From: the human T2T-CHM13v2.0 reference genome, Homo sapiens
Length of the DNA stretch: 64,000 nt
Direction: 5' to 3' (one strand)
Assembly (NCBI RefSeq): GCF_009914755.1
Contig: NC_060926.1
The position numbers and the translations under genes were made by a program. Positions 58,433 to 64,000 of this stretch are shown piece after piece. Numbering within the stretch: position 1 is the first letter of the stretch; every line of letters starts with the position of its first letter. The notes below the pieces were generated by a model. The model saw only the letters and a list, made by a program, of their open reading frames with translations. It ran no database searches and was not told the DNA's origin.

Positions 58433-59042
58433 AAAAACATAGAACCATTTGGTGATTCCTTTAGAGACAGGTCGGATTTTTCACATCACTTCGCAGTCGA
58501 TGAAGCCTTAAACTAGGACCTACTAATTGTGTCTAGACATAAACAGAAGAGGAAATGAGTCCAACAAGAGGAAACAAGAATGATTCTTTGTCAAGTACAC
58601 TATTTCTTTTCAAGAGCTCATGTTATCCTCAAGTTATATGGAAATCCTTTCTTGAAAAATGACTCCACCTCCTGCTCTGTATGTGCTCCCAGCCCCTCCT
58701 TCCACAGTGGAGCAGTAAGAGAGTGAAGGCTTTATGTGTCCTCAAGAGCAATGATTTTGCAAATTCAGAATTGCTACTTCCTCAGGAAAACTTGAAGTTA
58801 AAAAAAAAATCCTTATTTGAAGAAGGAAAACATTAGGGCATTATCGGGTGAGAACGTCTCTCATTTCCTCTCACACATTAGGGTCTTTCTTTGAAAAGTA
58901 GTGTTTTTATGTCTTAGGATGAGGGTACTGCATGATTCAGGGTTCTCAATTTTGTGTTAAATTAATATCTGTGCATTCTTAAGATGCTATTTATCAAGGT
59001 GGTTTTACATTTGATCAGAACTCAGCCACAGATGCATTTTCA

Positions 59043-59173
59043 TTATTTATTTTTATAGAGATGTAGTCTTGCTGTGTTTTCCATGGTGGTCTTGAAATCC
59101 TGGCCTCAAGGGATCCTCCTGCCTCAGCCTCCTAAAGTGCTAGAATTACAGACATGAGCACCCATGCCTAGCC
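59043..59173 (-). mobile_element. FLAM / Alu left monomer
   Basis: Single monomer, TCCTGGCCTCAAG.GATCCTCCTGCCTCAGCCTCC. Confidence 0.85.
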
Positions 59174-59611
59174 TACATTATATAATTAATTAAAACTTTA
59201 AAGCAATAAAGGCTACTGAATTTTAAGTTAAGCAATTTTCTATGACCTAGAAACATAAAGTAAAATCACTCTAGTTTGTCACAAAATGAAAAATATATGC
59301 TAATTAAGAATCAGAAAATCATGGCTTTATGGAATTGAACATATTTTCAATTTGCTGATTAAACTCCCTGGGAATTTTAAAGTCATCTAATTCAGCTTCT
59401 TATTGAGAATTTTCTCTTTTAATTGGACAGCTTTGGTCTAAATACTTCCAGTGGACCTACTTGCCTCTACTTTTCGAGGAAAGTCTATATCAGAGACACT
59501 TGTATTATTTTAATGTGTTTCATAATTTTGAGAATACAAAATTGGATTCTGCATAGCTTTACTTGCTTTTCATATTTCTCTATGTAATGGGGATATTTTT
59601 GAATTCTAGAG

Positions 59612-59795
59612 CAGCACTGTCCAATAGCACTTTCTGTGATGAGTAAATGTTTTATTTCTGTTTAATATGGACATGTGGCTAATGAGCACTGGAAGTATGG
59701 CTAGTGTGACTGAATTACTGAATTTTGGATTTCATCAATTTTTAACTAAATTAAGTTGAAGTAGCCACACAAGTCTTCCATATCGGCATAGTTTT
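59612..59795. mobile_element. MER3-like hAT-Charlie relic
   Basis: CAGCACTGTCCAATAG.ACTTTCTGTGATGA...ACATGTGGCTA..GAGCACT.GAA...GGCTAGTGTGACTGA. Confidence 0.8.
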
Positions 59796-61716
59796 AGAAA
59801 TATTGTTTTCATCAAGGACAGAGAAAGAAGAAAATACCTTTCTCTTGTTTGACTGCCTAATGGGCAAAATTCCTTTTACAAACGTTGAGAAACAAACAAA
59901 CAAACAAACAACAACAACAACAAAAAATCTTTTGGAGTTAATGCTTATTTTGCATAGAAATAAAGGCATAAAGGAAATTTCAATATATGGCCAACTCAAG
60001 TTTAGAAAACAGTCAGCTCTCTATGGTAACTAACCAAGGAAGAGATGAATAAGGAAGGTGTAGAAGGTGGGGAATAAGACCTGCTTACCAGCTTAAGGAC
60101 AACTGAAAAATGACAAGAATTCAACTGCCGTGTCCAAGACAATGTTTTCTGCAAGAATGAGTGGATTTTAAGTACAAGGAAGAGTGTTGGCTTGAGTCTG
60201 GTCTTACTATGTTTTTCCCTCTCCAACCTTATTTTTTCCCAGGTTGTTGACAGTGTGTAATTTCAATAGATGCTCGGCACTTTTCTCACATCTCCACTGG
60301 AGATGAGCTTTATACAAGTGAAAGTGCTACTGAGATGGGAAGATGTTAGATAATGGCATACGTGCTTCTTTTTTAATTTTTTCTATGATTTGCCTCCATT
60401 CCTTAGGTCAGCATGAACAGATTGGAGAGGGAGATGCTGAGTGTGTCATACTGAACTGAGCTAAATTGATCAGAACTAAGGGTGATATGCTCCCAAACTA
60501 CTACCCTATCCTATTTACAGCTTCATCTAACTAGTGAAGTAATTTTTCTACCTCAGGAAAATTAAAAAGATCCACACATACACCCCCACACCCAGACATA
60601 CACATAGACACATGCACACAAATCCATGAAGTTGGCACTTTGGCTTTGACCTCTCATGATCTTCTTGACCTCTCTATGATCTGCCTCAGCCTCATTTTCC
60701 CTGTCCAAACACAAAATATTTTATACTATCCAATATATTTTATTATGGATTTTTTCTTGTTAAATTTCCTTTTCTCCTATCTATTCAATCAAAATTCTTT
60801 CCCTCCATGGAGAGGTTTCCCTAACAATAGACTTCTACCTAATTTTCATATTAAAGTAACTTATACTTAGTTGTGAGGAAGTTCTCTAGGTTAAGAATAA
60901 ATATCATAGAGAAACTTTATTGTCAAATGAATACCTAAATGACAAATTTCTGTGGCGATGGGCGAGTTTAAGCAGAAGAGACTCCCCCTCACGTTCTATG
61001 AATTTTCTTCAGTTATCCTGATTTGACTTGATTTTAGGCTACTTGTGAAGAAATAGAAATTTTACTAATTAGTGAAATTGTCTTCTACAGTTAAAAATCC
61101 ATTAAACCTTTTCTGTCTATTTCTGATGTGCAGTTCTGCAAAAACTGGGCCCTCTTAAAAGGCTAAGTGACCGCTTTTAGTTTAGGTGAGATATAAAAAC
61201 ACAAGTAGCAAAGAAAGTAATTTACCTTTGTCTAGAGAATTTATTCTCTAAATATGCACAAAGAATAGGCCATATGTCAGACTTTGTCCTTAGAATTCAC
61301 GGGAAGAAGGAAAAAGACTAAGCCTCTAGCCTCTTGCTATTGACAAGAGCAATAGATACTACATGGATTATATAGACCTTGCATGCAGTTGTGATGAATT
61401 CGTTGATAGTAACAGAAAAAAAAATAGCCTTTTGACAATGCCAGCACTTTACAAAACATTTTAGTCACAACTCTAATAGCAAAACAACCACTAAAGCAGA
61501 TGTTACCACCCTCATTTTAGAAATGGGAATCTGAGGCTCAGGGAAATGGCCTCTGTGGATGAAAACTTTAGGTTTTGTTCCTGGCAGTAGTAACAAAAAA
61601 CCAAACTCACTAAACAGGTCATAAAAGTAAGGAAGCAACTCAGTTTCATCTGTCTGCCTGTTCTGTCAGATAGTGACAGCTCCTCCCGTGGGGAGCAGTG
61701 AATACATGAGTGAGAA

Positions 61717-62989
61717 GACTTTTTAATAACAGCCATTCTGACTGGTGTGAAATGACATTCATTTTGGTATTGATTTGCATTTCGCTGATTAGTGATGTTA
61801 AGTATTTTTTCATGTTTCTTTGGCCACTTTTATGTATTCTGTTGAGAAATGTCTGTTCATGTCCTTTGCCCATTTTTTAATGGGGTTGCCTTTTGCTTTT
61901 TGATTTGTTTAAGTATCTTATACATTCCAGATATTAGATCTTTGTTGGCTGCATGGCTAGTGAGTATTTTCTCCTATTCTGTAACTTGTCTGTTTACTTT
62001 GTATATAGTTTCTTTTGCTGTGCAGAGGCTGTTTAGTTTAATTAGGTCCTACTTGTCAATTTTTATTTTTGTTGCAGTTGAATTTGGGGACTTAGTCATA
62101 GATTCTTTGCCAAGGCCAATGTCCAGAAGGGTATTTCCTAGATTTTCTTCTATAATTTTTGTAGTTTTAGGTCTTACATTTAAGTCTTTAATTCATCTTG
62201 GGTTAACTTTTGTATATGGTAATAGGTAAGAATTTAATTTTATTCTTCTGCATATGGTTAGCCAGTTATCTCAGGATCATTTATTGAGAAGGGAATTTTT
62301 TCTTTATTACTTATTTCTGTAGACTTTGTCAAAGATCAGATGGTTTTAGGTGTGCGGTGCGGCTTCAGTTGGTGGGAATGTAAATTAGTTCAGCCACAGT
62401 GGAAAGCAGTTTGGAGGTTCCTCAGAGAACTAAAAATAGAACTACAATTTGACCCAGCAATGCCATTACTTTGTATATACCCAAAGGAAAATAATTTGCT
62501 CTACCAAAAAGACACGTGCATATGTATATTCATCACAGCATTATTCATAATTCCAAAGACATGGAATTAACCTCGGTGCCCATCAGTGGTGGATTGGATA
62601 AAGGAAATGTGACACATATACACCATAGAATATTATGCGGCCGTAAAAAAGAATGAAATCATGTTCTTTGCAGTAACGTGGATGCAGTTGGAGGCCATTA
62701 TTGTCAGCAATTTAACATGGAAACAGAAAATCAAATACTGCGTGTTCTCACTTGTAAGAGGGAGATAAACATTGCATACACAGACATAAAGATGGGAACA
62801 GTAGACACTGGGAGCTGGAAGAGGGGGAAGCAGGGAGTGGTACAAGGATTGAAAAACTGCCTTTGAGGTCCTGTGCTCACTACCTGGGTGATGGGTTCAA
62901 TTGTATCCCAACTTCACCATCACACAATCTATCCTTGTAACTACCTGCATATGTACCCCTTGAATCTAAATTAAAAGTTGAAACTAAAA
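61717..62989 (+). mobile_element. L1PA15/16-like element with 5' inversion
   Basis: 61717-~62365 is antisense L1 ORF2 sequence; ~62368-62989 is sense ORF2 end plus 3'UTR; flanked by ATGAGT(G/A)AGAA at 61706 and 62990. Confidence 0.9.
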
Positions 62990-64000
62990 ATGAGTAAGAA
63001 TCTGAAAAGAGGAGGAGCAACTTCTCACTTCAGGGAAGCTTTCTTATGGGAGTATGTTTTATACACACATATACATGGTATGTATATATGAATCTGTTTT
63101 ATGAACATACACCTATTTCCTTACGGACTATGAGGACAAGAAAATGGTGTTTCCCTCGTCAGGTGACTGGGCTGCTACTTGGATTTATGTTTGGTAAATA
63201 TGTTAGTGTGAGATAATGTACCATACGCCTCCAGAAACCAATTTTTTAAACAATCTATAGCACCATAAATTAGCATTTTCTAGTGTGACTTTCAAATATT
63301 AATTACTATTCTCTGAAAAAAAGTTTCATGAAGAGAGTTCAGTTCACAGAGTCCAGGTACATGTGAGAAACTGCCGAGTAGGTTCCTTCCTCAAAACTCT
63401 GAGAAGCACTGCAATAGAAAAAACATTTGATTTTGCTTAAAGCAATTTTCCCCATATTTGACAACAAAACCATGTCTATTTGCTTTTTTTCTCTTCCAAA
63501 GTCAAGCTATTGACATATTTGTTCTACAGAAGACATCTGAGAAGATTTTTATTAAACCAAATAAATGAGTAACATGGAAAATTTGAGCATCATAGTGGGA
63601 TTAGAGAAACATTTTTGGCAGGGGATGGGTTGTGGGCAACCATTTTATTATTCCATTTAGCTTGGTTTACTCCTCTATTTATTGATGTCTGGTACTGTAA
63701 GTGTATAATTATTTAGTGTTCAGTAAATGCTAAGCCATATTAAATGGTAATGGTAAGATTAAGCATGTGCATGCTATTTGTCCAATCTAGATACAGGCTA
63801 GGCTCAAAGTATGATGTAACTTCAGCCATGCTGAGGGTTCTATAGGCTTTAATATTCTTCAAAGATGTTATCATAAGACTTAATAGAACTAGAAACAGAA
63901 CATGAATAAACCAATATGACTGTATTGGAGATTTTTCCGATTGTCAACAAGTGTTTCGTTGACTGTTCCAGACTTTTAAACGTGCTGTAACTTCAACATC

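Noticed and set aside
61646-62866. ORFs of 62-126 aa near the window end
   Set aside because: Sense and antisense translations of degraded L1 ORF2/3'UTR.

Overview
Human (primate) genomic DNA, AT-rich and repeat-dense. It covers about 18 kb of upstream intergenic sequence, a ~2.2 kb CpG-island promoter (about 18.0-20.2 kb) with + strand first exon(s), and about 44 kb of what appears to be a long first intron with no convincing downstream coding exon. The first exon (donor after 18945) resembles the 5' end of OXR1 from memory; this is unverified. The intron holds a 5'-truncated, defective HERV-I/HERVIP10-type provirus on the - strand (46017-51683): 3' LTR10 with two AP-1 sites, broken env and pol, an AT-rich segment replacing the end of RNase H, and a nested AluSp. 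It also holds a young AluYb-lineage insertion with a perfect 15-bp TSD (this lineage is human-specific), an old ~500-bp inverted duplication (33335-33854 vs 35125-35625) that could fold into long intronic dsRNA, a twin-primed L1, and many Alu/L1/MIR/L2/MER/MaLR relics. Nearly all listed ORFs are spurious (Alu, L1, GC-rich or random). I see no new multi-gene system; the best candidates for novelty are structural or regulatory. Repeat subfamily names come from recalled consensus sequences and need RepeatMasker/Dfam confirmation.
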